Source: Oleiharenicola sp. (lineage in GTDB: Bacteria; Verrucomicrobiota; Verrucomicrobiia; Opitutales; Opitutaceae). From it: a stretch of DNA of 64,000 nt. The notes beneath the pieces were generated by a model that saw only the letters and a program-made list of their open reading frames with translations, did no database searches and was not told the DNA's origin. The translations under genes were made by a program, and so were the position numbers. Of the stretch, positions 24,766 to 34,119 are shown piece by piece; the first letter of the stretch is position 1, and each line of letters opens with the position of its first letter. The stretch covers positions 2,839 through 66,838 of the forward strand of contig JANYDW010000050.1 in the NCBI GenBank assembly GCA_025363455.1, read 5' to 3'.

Positions 24766-25559
24766 GCACCTCGGCCCATTTCGATCTTACGGGTAAAATC
24801 GCCCTCGTCACCGGCGCGAGCCGAGGCCTCGGCCGGAATTTTGCCCTTACGCTGGCGCGGGCTGGCGCGGACGTCGCCGTTACCAGCCGCACGCTGGGCT
24901 CACTCGACGACACCAAGCGCGCCATCGAAGCCCTCGGCCGACGCTGCCTGTCCGTGGTGCTCGACGTGCGGACCGAGGCGAGCATCCAGTCCGCCGTCAC
25001 GGCGGTCCGCGCGCATTTCGGGCGGATCGACATCCTGGTGAACAATGCCGGCTGCAACATCCGCAAGCCTGCGCTCGACGTCACGTGGGAAGACTGGAAC
25101 ACCATCCTCGATACCAACCTGCGCGGACCGTTCTTCGTCGCCCAAGCGGTGGCCCGCCACATGACAGGGCAGGGGAGCGGGCGCATCATCAACATCGGCT
25201 CGGTTACCAGCGTGGCCGGCTACGCCGGACTGGGGCCCTATGGCGCGAGCCGGGGCGGCATCAAGCAACTGACGATGAGCCTTGCGGCCGACTGGGGGCC
25301 GCACGGGGTGACGGTGAACTGCCTCGCACCGGGTTGGTTCAAGACCTCGCAGAACGCCGTCATGTATGAGGATGCGGATTGGGTGAAATATTTGAGCGAC
25401 AAGATTCCTTTGCGCCGGCCTGGCTCGATGGACGATCTCGACGGTGCGCTCATTTTCCTCGCCAGTGAAGCCAGCCGCTATGTCACCGGCCAGACACTGC
25501 TGGTGGACGGGGGTATCACCGTCAACGACACCCGGGCGCTCCCGGCGCGAAAGACGTGA
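24762..25559 (+). CDS. short-chain dehydrogenase/reductase (gluconate-5-dehydrogenase-like)
   Basis: TGASRGLG cofactor motif, NNAG, Y..xxxK; ATGA overlap with the upstream ADH. Confidence 0.9.
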   Translation: MSTSAHFDLTGKIALVTGASRGLGRNFALTLARAGADVAVTSRTLGSLDDTKRAIEALGRRCLSVVLDVRTEASIQSAVTAVRAHFGRIDILVNNAGCNIRKPALDVTWEDWNTILDTNLRGPFFVAQAVARHMTGQGSGRIINIGSVTSVAGYAGLGPYGASRGGIKQLTMSLAADWGPHGVTVNCLAPGWFKTSQNAVMYEDADWVKYLSDKIPLRRPGSMDDLDGALIFLASEASRYVTGQTLLVDGGITVNDTRALPARKT

Positions 25560-25572
25560 CCAAGATCTTGCG

Positions 25573-25803
25573 ATGCCCCCAAGCTTCACTATAGACGTTA
25601 TCTTCTACGGCCTGCTGGTGCTGGGCGGATTCGGTTTCCTCTGGGTCTATTATGACCGACGGGACCGCGCTTACTACGACACGGAGCGGAGCCGGATCAC
25701 CTTTCACTGCATTCGCTGCGACCACCTCTACACGGAGAAGCACGGGACCGACGCGGCGCTGTGCCCCAAGTGCGGTCACCCAAATACCCGGCTGAAGTTT
25801 TAA
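25573..25803 (+). CDS. small membrane-anchored zinc-ribbon protein
   Basis: 76 aa with an N-terminal hydrophobic helix, then CIRC..(N17)..CPKC. Confidence 0.55.
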   Translation: MPPSFTIDVIFYGLLVLGGFGFLWVYYDRRDRAYYDTERSRITFHCIRCDHLYTEKHGTDAALCPKCGHPNTRLKF

Positions 25804-25839
25804 TTTGGAACTCCGGTGATCCGCGGGGTACCCTTTCCC

Positions 25840-27612
25840 ATGCTAAAACGCCTCCTGTCTGCCTTGGTTTGCCTTGTCCTGCTCTCCGGTCTCCGGGCCG
25901 CCGATGCCACCGCGTTTCACGCGATGCTCGACCATTATTACGAAGACTATTTGGCTCTGTTTCCCCTCGAAGCCGCGATCAACGGTGACAATGACCCACG
26001 CTACGAGGCCGTCTGGCCCAATGACATCAGTGCGGAGTACCGTGCCAAGGTCGTGGCAATGTGTGACCAGTATCTCGCGGCCCTGGCCAAGGTGGACCGG
26101 GCGACGATGTCCGAGACCGACCGTTTGAGCTACGACACACTCAAGTGGAGCCTCGAACTCCGCCGGGAAGGCACGAAGCAGATTTTTGCCCTCATTCCGG
26201 TCAACCAGTTCAGCTCGGCCCACCTGACTTTTGCCCAGATGGCTTCGGGTGCTTCCGTCCATCCCTTTAACACGGCGCAGGACTTCAGGAATTTTTTGAG
26301 CCGGGCCCGGGGCTTCGGTGTGTGGGTGGACACGGCCATCGCCAACATGCGCGAGGGTATGGCCAAGGGCGTGACGCAACCTCGCGTTCTCATGGAACGG
26401 GTACAGCAGCAGCTGGAGCCACTGATGGCAGACGACGCTGCCGCCAACATTCTTTTCGCCCCGCTGAAGAAACTGCCCGCCGGCTTGTCCGCGGCGGATC
26501 GTGACGCTCTGGCCAAGGAATACTCCGCCGGGGTGCGCACGATCATGCTGCCTGCCTTTGCCCGGCTGCACGCGTTCATCCGCGACGAGTATCTGGCCAA
26601 GTGCCGTGAGACCGCCGGCATCGGCGTTCTGCCTGGTGGCAAGGAGGCTTATGCCTATGCGGTGCGCAACCTGACCACTACGAATCTCTCCCCCGAGGAG
26701 ATTCATCAGATCGGGTTGAAGGAAGTTGCCCGCGTTCGGGCGGAGATGGACAAGGTGCAGGCCCAAGTGGGCTTCAAGGGCACACTGGCGGAGTTTCTGG
26801 CGTTTGTGGCTTCCGACCCGAAGTTCACCCCATTCAAGACGGAGGAGGAAATTCTCAATGTCTACCGCACCATCGAGGGAAGAATTATGGCGGCGGTGCC
26901 GAAATTCTTCCGCCACGTGCCGAAATCGAAGTTCGAGGTCCGGGCCACGGAAAAGTTTCGCGCCGCCACGGCTTCTGCCGAATACATTGCCGGCACCGCG
27001 GACGGCAGCCGCCCCGGCATTTTCTACGTGCCGATTCCCGAAGTGGCCAAATTCTGGACGCCCCGCATGGAAGATCTTTTCCTCCATGAGGCGATTCCCG
27101 GGCATCACTTCCAGATTTCGCTGACGATGGAGAGCACCACCCTCCCCAAGTTCCGCCGCTACGACGCCAACAATGCCTACGTCGAAGGCTGGGCGCTCTA
27201 CACGGAGAGTCTGGGCAGGGAACTCGGTCTTTACACCGATCCGTACCAGTACCTCGGCATGCTCTTCGGTGACATGCACCGGGCCATCCGCCTGGTCGTG
27301 GACACTGGCCTGCACGCCAAGGGGTGGACGCGGGAGCAAGCCCTGGCCTATGGCGCCGAGAACGAGGGAGGCAAACCCGAGGACCAGAAGCAAGTGGCCG
27401 AGATCGAACGCTACATGGCTTGGCCGGGCCAGGCGCTGGGCTACAAAGCCGGCCAATTGAAGATCCGCGAGCTTCGCGCCCGGGCCGAAAAGCAATTGGG
27501 GGCGAAATTCGATCTCCCGGCCTTTCATGACCAGATCCTCATGGAAGGCGCCCTGCCGCTGGCGGTCCTGGATGCTCATGTGCAGGCGTGGATTGACGGG
27601 AGCGGAAAGTAG
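25840..27612 (+). CDS. DUF885-family secreted protein
   Basis: Signal peptide MLKRLLSALVCLVLLSGLRA. HEAIPGHHFQ metallopeptidase-like motif typical of DUF885. Confidence 0.85.
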   Translation: MLKRLLSALVCLVLLSGLRAADATAFHAMLDHYYEDYLALFPLEAAINGDNDPRYEAVWPNDISAEYRAKVVAMCDQYLAALAKVDRATMSETDRLSYDTLKWSLELRREGTKQIFALIPVNQFSSAHLTFAQMASGASVHPFNTAQDFRNFLSRARGFGVWVDTAIANMREGMAKGVTQPRVLMERVQQQLEPLMADDAAANILFAPLKKLPAGLSAADRDALAKEYSAGVRTIMLPAFARLHAFIRDEYLAKCRETAGIGVLPGGKEAYAYAVRNLTTTNLSPEEIHQIGLKEVARVRAEMDKVQAQVGFKGTLAEFLAFVASDPKFTPFKTEEEILNVYRTIEGRIMAAVPKFFRHVPKSKFEVRATEKFRAATASAEYIAGTADGSRPGIFYVPIPEVAKFWTPRMEDLFLHEAIPGHHFQISLTMESTTLPKFRRYDANNAYVEGWALYTESLGRELGLYTDPYQYLGMLFGDMHRAIRLVVDTGLHAKGWTREQALAYGAENEGGKPEDQKQVAEIERYMAWPGQALGYKAGQLKIRELRARAEKQLGAKFDLPAFHDQILMEGALPLAVLDAHVQAWIDGSGK

Positions 27613-27615
27613 GAC

Positions 27616-27699
27616 GTAGGTGAGCGTCGGTTTCCATACCGACGCCGGTTTGGGAAACCGCGTAGTTGTCGCCGCTATGGAAAGCGGCGCCCACCTTAC
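27616..27699. repeat. GTAGGTG-headed REP-like doublet
   Basis: GTAGGTGA-GCGTCGG-TTTCCATA-CCGACGC, then a central CGGTTTGGGAAACCG palindrome, then GTCGCCGC-TATGGAAA-GCGGCGCC-CACCTTAC. Same loop, different but compensated stems. Confidence 0.85.
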
Positions 27700-27748
27700 G
27701 CCCGGAATTGGGATTGATTCGCCTGCGGCGAGTGCCTCATAACTTCTC

Positions 27749-29287
27749 ATGGCACAGACAATCGCCGTTCTCGACTTCGGTTCCCAACTCACGCAAGTCA
27801 TCGCCCGCCGCATCCGCGAGTGCCAAGTCTACTCGAAGATCTACCACTTTAGCACGCCCGCGGCCACGCTCCGGGACGAGGGCGTCGTCGGTATCATCCT
27901 ATCCGGCGGTCCGCAAAGCGTCTACGCGAAGACCGCGCCGCACCCTGATCCCGAGATCTTCAAACTCGGTGTGCCCGTCCTCGGCATCTGCTACGGCGTG
28001 CAGCTCATGGGGCATTTTCTTGGAGGCAAGGTTGCCCACAGCAAGGCCCGCGAATACGGCCACGGCCACCTGACGATCAAGAAACCCGGCAAGCTCTTCG
28101 CCGGCCTGCCGCGAAAGCTTCGCATCTGGAATTCCCACGGCGACAAGCTAACCCAGCTGCCACCCGGCTTCGCGGCGACGGCGGTTTCGGACAACTCCCC
28201 TTTTTCTGGCATTGAGGATCCGAAGCGCGGTTTCTACGGCATCCAATTTCACCCCGAGGTGTTCCACACCGAGTGTGGCGTGGATATGATCCGTAATTTC
28301 CTCGTGAAGGTTTGCCGTGCGAAGCAGGACTGGACGACCAAGGATTTCATCGCCCACGCCGTCGCCGACATCCGTACCAAGGTTGGTAAATCGCGCGTGC
28401 TGCTCGGCCTTTCTGGTGGAGTGGACTCATCGGTCGCCGCTGCGCTCCTGCATAAGGCTATCGGCAAGCAGCTCACCTGCGTCTTCGTCGACAACGGCCT
28501 ACTCAGGAAGGACGAGCGCGCCTACGTCGAGGCGCTCTACAAGCGGAATTTCAAGATAGACCTGCGGGTTGTGGATGCGACACCGCTTTTCCTGAAGCGG
28601 CTCAAGGGCGTCTCCGAGCCCGAGCAGAAGCGAAAGATCATCGGTCGCACGTTCGTCGAGGTGTTCGAGCAGTCCCTGAAATCCATAGGCGGGGCGCAAT
28701 TCCTGGGTCAAGGGACGCTCTACCCGGATGTCATCGAGAGCGTCTCGATCGCCGGCAATCCCGCTTCGCTTATCAAGACGCACCACAACGTCGGCGGGCT
28801 GCCCGAGCGAATGAAGCTCAAGCTCATCGAACCGCTCCGCGAGCTTTTCAAAGACGAGGTCCGCCGGGTCGGCGCCGCCCTCGGCCTGCCTAAGGAAGTC
28901 GTCTGGCGCCAGCCGTTCCCCGGCCCCGGTCTCGGGGTGCGCGTCATGGGCGACATCACGGCCGACAAGCTGGAAATCCTCCGCAACGCCGACGCCGTCC
29001 TACAGGAGGAGATGATGAAGACGGGTTATTACTGGAAGGTCTGGCAATCCTTCGCGGTTTTTCTCCCGGTCAAGACCGTCGGCGTGTTCGGGGATGAGCG
29101 TACTTACGACTACGTCATCGCCCTCCGGATCGTGGAGAGCATCGATGCCATGACCGCCGACTGGGCGAAAATCCCGCATGATGTCCTCCAAAAAATATCG
29201 AGTCGCATCACCAACGAGGTGCGCGGGGTCAGCCGGGTGGTTCTCGACATCAGCTCCAAACCGCCGGCCACGATCGAGTGGGAGTAG
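27749..29287 (+). CDS. guaA: glutamine-hydrolysing GMP synthase
   Basis: 512 aa, GATase + ATP-PPase (SGGVDSS) + dimerisation domain ending ..PPATIEWE. Confidence 0.97.
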   Translation: MAQTIAVLDFGSQLTQVIARRIRECQVYSKIYHFSTPAATLRDEGVVGIILSGGPQSVYAKTAPHPDPEIFKLGVPVLGICYGVQLMGHFLGGKVAHSKAREYGHGHLTIKKPGKLFAGLPRKLRIWNSHGDKLTQLPPGFAATAVSDNSPFSGIEDPKRGFYGIQFHPEVFHTECGVDMIRNFLVKVCRAKQDWTTKDFIAHAVADIRTKVGKSRVLLGLSGGVDSSVAAALLHKAIGKQLTCVFVDNGLLRKDERAYVEALYKRNFKIDLRVVDATPLFLKRLKGVSEPEQKRKIIGRTFVEVFEQSLKSIGGAQFLGQGTLYPDVIESVSIAGNPASLIKTHHNVGGLPERMKLKLIEPLRELFKDEVRRVGAALGLPKEVVWRQPFPGPGLGVRVMGDITADKLEILRNADAVLQEEMMKTGYYWKVWQSFAVFLPVKTVGVFGDERTYDYVIALRIVESIDAMTADWAKIPHDVLQKISSRITNEVRGVSRVVLDISSKPPATIEWE

Positions 29288-29342
29288 TTTCCCGTTGCGA
29301 ATGGCGGCACGGAACGCAACTTCCCTTGTCATAACACCCCGT

Positions 29343-30104
29343 ATGACTGTCCGTTGTTTTTACGCCCTCGCCGCCTTTGCCATGGGGGCCGCGCTGTCCG
29401 CCGCCGCCGATCCGGCGGATGAGTGGCTGGCCAAAGCCCGGGCTTTTCTCGGGGCGGAAAGCGCCCTCAATGCCGTCAAAAGCCTGCATTTTGAGGGCAG
29501 CATCGACACCGTGGAGCGTGTGCCTGATCCGACTGACGCGACCAAGTTGATCGAGCGTCCGCTCCATCTGGCCATCGACATCGTTTTTCAGAAACCAATG
29601 CAGCAACGGCAAATCCTCCGCTCTGACAAGGTTGAGCGCACCACCACCCTGGATGGATTTGACGGTTGGGAGCGGTTGAGCGACCGGACCGGCCAGACCA
29701 AGCCGCGGATCGCTCTGCTCGACCTGGCCAACATCAAGCGGCTGCGGACGACCACCGTCGAGAATCTGAGCTTCTATGCGAAACAGGATCAGGATTCGCG
29801 CCAGGTGCGCCTGCTGGGTGACGACACGGTGGATGGCGTCGCCTGCGTGAAGCTCTTTTTCACGCACAGCAACGGCATCACTTTTCTCCGCACCTTCGAC
29901 AAATCCACCGGCCGGTTGATCAAGACTGAGGTCCAAAGCGGAGGGGAGATTCGCGAGGAGGGCGAAATGTTCGTCAGCGGGATACGGTTTCCCCGGAAAC
30001 TGCTCAACAAGACGGTGGACGGAAAGGTCACGGTCATTTCCTTCGACAAGGTGACAGTGGGCGAGCGGTTTCCTGCCGAGATCTTCGCCGTCCCGTCCCT
30101 TTAG
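29343..30104 (+). CDS. secreted hypothetical protein (possibly LolA-like lipoprotein-sorting fold)
   Basis: Signal peptide MTVRCFYALAAFAMGAALSAAA. The function call rests only on vague resemblance. Confidence 0.7.
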   Translation: MTVRCFYALAAFAMGAALSAAADPADEWLAKARAFLGAESALNAVKSLHFEGSIDTVERVPDPTDATKLIERPLHLAIDIVFQKPMQQRQILRSDKVERTTTLDGFDGWERLSDRTGQTKPRIALLDLANIKRLRTTTVENLSFYAKQDQDSRQVRLLGDDTVDGVACVKLFFTHSNGITFLRTFDKSTGRLIKTEVQSGGEIREEGEMFVSGIRFPRKLLNKTVDGKVTVISFDKVTVGERFPAEIFAVPSL

Positions 30105-30251
30105 TTCGTCCGCTCGCGAGGGAGGAGCCGGCCCGGTACTTTTTCTACCAGCGCTGAAACGAGGTGCTTATGACTGCCAGTCAGCCCGAACTGACCCCGG
30201 CTTTGCTTTGCAACCGGTCTAAATTCTGCTCTGCTGGCGGACAACCCCACC

Positions 30252-31547
30252 ATGCCCAACGACGCCTCCATCAAGATCGACGGTAAAGAGTATCCCTATC
30301 CGGTGATGATCGGCAGCGAAGGGGAAAAGGCGATCGATGTGCGCAACCTGCGCAAGGATTCGGGCCACATATTTTATGACCAGGGATACGGCAATACTGG
30401 CTCGTGCGAGAGCCAGGTGACCTTCCTTGACGGCGACAACGGCATCCTGCGCCACCGGGGCTATCCCATCGACCAGCTGGCCAAGCATTCCGACTACATC
30501 GAGACCGCCTATCTGGTCATCTACGGCGAACTGCCGACCGAGGCCCAGCGCAAGAAATTTGGCGACCTCCTGCGCGAGAACGCCCACATCGAGCCGCAGA
30601 TGCAGCGGCTGTTCGAGGGCTACCCCAAGAACACGCCCCCGATGGTCGTGCTGGCCTCGCTGGTCGCGTCGCTGGCGGGCTATTACCCCGACCTGGCGAC
30701 GAACAATTTCGAGAAGGACCTCCAGCAGTTCGACCTCAGCGCGGCCATGGCGATCTCCAAGATCCGCACGCTGGGCGCAATGGTCTATCGGCACGGTCGC
30801 GGCCTGCCCTTCATGCACCCGAAGGCGCTGCCGTTCTGCGACAACTTCCTGCACCTGATGTTCTCCGAGCCCTATCATGACTATGTGGCCATCCCCGAGG
30901 TCACGTCGGCGCTGAACCTGATTCTCCTGATGCACGCGGACCACGAGCAGAACTGCAGCACCTCCACGGTGCGCATGGTCGGGTCCAGCGGTGCCAATCT
31001 CTTCACATCCCTCGCGGCGGGCATCGGGGCGCTGTCCGGTCCGCTGCACGGCGGGGCCAACACTGCCGTGATGAACATGCTCCAGTCCATCCACGACGAG
31101 AATGACGATGGCACCCGCTTCATTGAGGCGGCCAAGGGCGGTTCCAAGAGCAACCGGCTGATGGGCTTTGGCCACGCGGTCTACCGCAATTTCGATCCCC
31201 GGGCCCGGGTCATCGGCGAGGCTTGCAGCGTGGTGCTGAAGAAACTCGGCAAGTCCGATCCGTTGCTCGACATTGCCCAGAATCTCGAGCAGGCCGCGCT
31301 GAAGGACGACTACTTCGTCTCGCGCAAGCTCTACCCCAATGTCGATTTCTACTCCGGTATCATTTTTCGCGCCCTCGGCATCCCGACCAACATGTTTACC
31401 GTCATGTTCGCCATCGGGCGCGCGCCGGGCTGGATCGCCAACTGGAAGGAAGTCGCTTCCAACCCCAAGGGCCGCATCTACCGTCCCCGCCAGGTTTACA
31501 CCGGTCCGGTCAAGCGCGACTACGTGCCGATGGCTCGGCGCGGGTAG
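30252..31547 (+). CDS. gltA: citrate synthase
   Basis: 431 aa, GFGHAVYRNFDPRA and HADHEQN motifs. Confidence 0.96.
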   Translation: MPNDASIKIDGKEYPYPVMIGSEGEKAIDVRNLRKDSGHIFYDQGYGNTGSCESQVTFLDGDNGILRHRGYPIDQLAKHSDYIETAYLVIYGELPTEAQRKKFGDLLRENAHIEPQMQRLFEGYPKNTPPMVVLASLVASLAGYYPDLATNNFEKDLQQFDLSAAMAISKIRTLGAMVYRHGRGLPFMHPKALPFCDNFLHLMFSEPYHDYVAIPEVTSALNLILLMHADHEQNCSTSTVRMVGSSGANLFTSLAAGIGALSGPLHGGANTAVMNMLQSIHDENDDGTRFIEAAKGGSKSNRLMGFGHAVYRNFDPRARVIGEACSVVLKKLGKSDPLLDIAQNLEQAALKDDYFVSRKLYPNVDFYSGIIFRALGIPTNMFTVMFAIGRAPGWIANWKEVASNPKGRIYRPRQVYTGPVKRDYVPMARRG

Positions 31548-31607
31548 GTGGTGGAACCCGGCCTCTGGACGGGCTCTGAACGCGTCCGGAGGCCGCGTTC
31601 CACCTAC
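31544..31607. terminator. long GTAGGTG-headed hairpin between convergent genes (bidirectional terminator / REP-like)
   Basis: GTAGGTGGTGGAACCCGGCCTCTGGACG-N9-CGCGTCCGGAGGCCGCGTTCCACCTAC. Both flanking stop codons lie inside the GTAG/CTAC heads. Confidence 0.75.
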
Positions 31608-32365
31608 TTGGGGTCGCTTGTGGCCGTGCTGGCCGGCGTCTGAGTTTTCTCCCCCGATTCCACCCGCAGGATCTCGTCCAAGGTCAGGCCGCTGAGTTCG
31701 CCGACGCCCTTCAGCAGCCGCCATAACGCATAGAACATCATCGCCATGGTTGGGATAGAGAGACCGAGGAGGCTGACCCAGTGCATCTTGGCCAGTTCCT
31801 TGTTGAAGGCCTCCGTGCCGGCAGGACTGGTGATGATGGCGCGGGCGAATCCATAGTTCAGCACGGCGCTCAGGAACATCGCGGCGGCGATCAGGTAACT
31901 GGACGTGCGCATCAGCCGCGTAAAGCCTTCCTGCGTCCCGCGCTGAATGAGCGCAGCGTCGATGCGCTCCACATCGATAATCTGGGGATTGTAGAGAATC
32001 TCGTGGATCAGGGGTTCCTGGGCCCGGATGGAGACGAGCACCGCCACACCAATCAGGCAGGGCAAAGCACCGTCTTTCACGGCGAACCAGAAGCCATCCA
32101 GCTTCATCAGGCCGAATCCGCCGGTGAACAGTACGCTCACAAACCCGATGCCCGAGATGAAATTGAAGCGCCGGCGCTGGATGAAGTCGTGGATGCCATA
32201 GCTCAGCGGGAACAGCAGGGCGACGATGAGCCCCCACTTGGGACCCAGCGCCCGTTCTCCGCTGCCCCAGGACATGATGGCGGTGGGCAAGGCAACGTTG
32301 CAGACTAGGTTGAGAAACAGATTCTCAGCTTTTGGCTTGGACGCTGGAGGGGTAGGCTCGGTCAT
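31604..32365 (-). CDS. polytopic inner-membrane protein (septation-protein-A / VC0807-like)
   Basis: Start taken at MTEPTPP (ATG at 32365); about 6 hydrophobic helices. The family assignment is tentative. Confidence 0.75.
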   Translation of the reverse strand: MTEPTPPASKPKAENLFLNLVCNVALPTAIMSWGSGERALGPKWGLIVALLFPLSYGIHDFIQRRRFNFISGIGFVSVLFTGGFGLMKLDGFWFAVKDGALPCLIGVAVLVSIRAQEPLIHEILYNPQIIDVERIDAALIQRGTQEGFTRLMRTSSYLIAAAMFLSAVLNYGFARAIITSPAGTEAFNKELAKMHWVSLLGLSIPTMAMMFYALWRLLKGVGELSGLTLDEILRVESGEKTQTPASTATSDPK

Positions 32366-32417
32366 TTCGCTTTTGCCAAGGAGAGAGGCCGGGGCCTTAC
32401 TGGTCAACCTTCCCCTT

Positions 32418-33161
32418 ATGATCCTTCTAGGCGTCAACATCGACCATGCCGCGACCCTGCGCCAGGCCCGTTACCGGCAGGTGGAAGCCGGATTTGGCGG
32501 GCTGGTGGAGCCTGATCCCGTGGCGTTGGCTGGTTTGTGCGAAAAGGCCGGCGCCGACGGGATTACCGTCCATTTGCGGGAGGACCGGCGTCATATCCAG
32601 GATGAGGATGTCCAGCTGCTGGCCGCCTCGAAGTCCACCCGGTTGAACCTTGAGATGGCGTGCACCCCGGCCATGACGGTTTTGGCCCTGAAACTGAAGC
32701 CGCATTCCGTTTGCCTCGTGCCGGAGAGCCGGGAGGAGATCACGACCGAGGGCGGGTTGGATGTAATGAAGCACCGCGACAAGGTCGCCCGGGTGACCGA
32801 CGCCATGAATGCCGCCGGCATCAAGACCAGCCTCTTCATCGACCCCGACGCCGACCAGATTGAGATGGCGGTGAAGTTGAAGGCCCCATGGATCGAACTG
32901 CATACCGGCGCCTATGCCAACGCGTACCACAATGCCGGCCGGGCGACGGAATTCGCGCGACTCGTGGGCGGGGCAAAACAGGCGCACGCCTCCGGGCTGG
33001 TGGTCAACGCCGGCCATGGTATCAACTACGTGAACATCGCGGAAGTTCGCACCATCCCCCACCTGCACGAACTGAATATTGGCCACAGCATCATCGCTCG
33101 CGCCCTTTTCACGGGCATTGATGAGGCCGTGCGCACGATGAAGAAATTAATGAATCCCTGA
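32418..33161 (+). CDS. pdxJ: pyridoxine 5'-phosphate synthase
   Basis: MILLGVNIDHAATLRQAR.. , EGGLDV, NAGHG(I/L)NY motifs. The upstream part of track ORF 32226 overlaps the divergent gene. Confidence 0.93.
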   Translation: MILLGVNIDHAATLRQARYRQVEAGFGGLVEPDPVALAGLCEKAGADGITVHLREDRRHIQDEDVQLLAASKSTRLNLEMACTPAMTVLALKLKPHSVCLVPESREEITTEGGLDVMKHRDKVARVTDAMNAAGIKTSLFIDPDADQIEMAVKLKAPWIELHTGAYANAYHNAGRATEFARLVGGAKQAHASGLVVNAGHGINYVNIAEVRTIPHLHELNIGHSIIARALFTGIDEAVRTMKKLMNP

Positions 33162-33249
33162 GTCAGGGCCTGCGAATCACGCCAATGCACACGAATAAGA
33201 CGGGTTGCTTCATTTGCGTCGATTCGCGTTATTCGCGGGAACTTCTGCC

Positions 33250-33657
33250 ATGATCATTCTTCCTCCCGGCGGCATCCTGATCGGCCTTGGCTGCGATCTC
33301 ATCGAGACCGAGCGCATCCGCAGCGTGCTCAAGAAGCACGGGGATCGCTTCCTCAAGCGCGTGTTCACCGAGGAGGAGCAGGCCTACTGCAGCACCCTGA
33401 AATACCCCCACAAGCACTACGCCGCCCGCTGGGCCGCGAAGGAGGCGGTGTCCAAGGCCTTCACCACGGGCATCGGCGAGCACCTCGGCTGGACCTCGAT
33501 CTCTGTCTACCACGGCTCGCGCAAGGAGCCGCTCGTGCACCTCGATGACAAGGCTGCCGCCTTGCTGAAGGAAGTCGGCGCCACGCATGTCTGGCTCACC
33601 CTCTCGCACATCGACAGCCACGCGATGGCCGTGGCCGCCCTCGTGAAGCAGGTTTAG
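33250..33657 (+). CDS. acpS: holo-ACP synthase
   Basis: GLGCDLIETERI.. , WAAKEAVSKA motifs; classic pdxJ-acpS adjacency. Confidence 0.88.
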   Translation: MIILPPGGILIGLGCDLIETERIRSVLKKHGDRFLKRVFTEEEQAYCSTLKYPHKHYAARWAAKEAVSKAFTTGIGEHLGWTSISVYHGSRKEPLVHLDDKAAALLKEVGATHVWLTLSHIDSHAMAVAALVKQV

Positions 33658-33660
33658 CTT

Positions 33661-34116
33661 ATGGACCCGGCGGCCAACCAGCGCGTCGCACCCAACCGGG
33701 TGTTGCTAATTCTGGCCCTGCTCTTGGCCGTGTGGTCGGTCTTCCAATTCTGGCCCCAGCCGCGCAAACCGGTTCCAGCGCTGCCGCCGGTGGCGGCCGA
33801 ATCCAAACTTCAGAGCGTGGGCCTCGCCAATAACCCGGACTGGGAGGGCCTGCCGCAGTTTTTCGCCATTGTCGCGGATCAAGCTGAGTGGAACGACGGC
33901 AAGACCAGATTCGCCTACTGGCATCCGGTGATGAAGACCTACGCCTACTATTTCGAGGCCACCCGGGAGAACGGTCGGGTGCGTTTCCGGGAAATTGCCG
34001 AACCGCATGACCCGGATCACTACTGGGACGAGAACTTGGGAGAGGACAGTCGGATCCGTTTCTATTATGCGTTCCCAAGCCCCGTTCAGCCTCTGCCCGT
34101 GATCAAATCGCCCTAA
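33661..34116 (+). CDS. membrane-anchored hypothetical protein
   Basis: 151 aa with an N-terminal TM helix; 3-nt gaps to acpS and nnr. Confidence 0.7.
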   Translation: MDPAANQRVAPNRVLLILALLLAVWSVFQFWPQPRKPVPALPPVAAESKLQSVGLANNPDWEGLPQFFAIVADQAEWNDGKTRFAYWHPVMKTYAYYFEATRENGRVRFREIAEPHDPDHYWDENLGEDSRIRFYYAFPSPVQPLPVIKSP

Positions 34117-34119
34117 GAT

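Noticed and set aside
33156-33227. Hairpins in the pdxJ-acpS spacer (CCCTGA-G-TCAGGG over the pdxJ stop; GCGAATCACGC ... GCGTCGATTCGC).
   Set aside because: They are imperfect and occur once in the window. They probably form a simple attenuator or terminator, and there is not enough evidence to call a repeat family or regulatory RNA.
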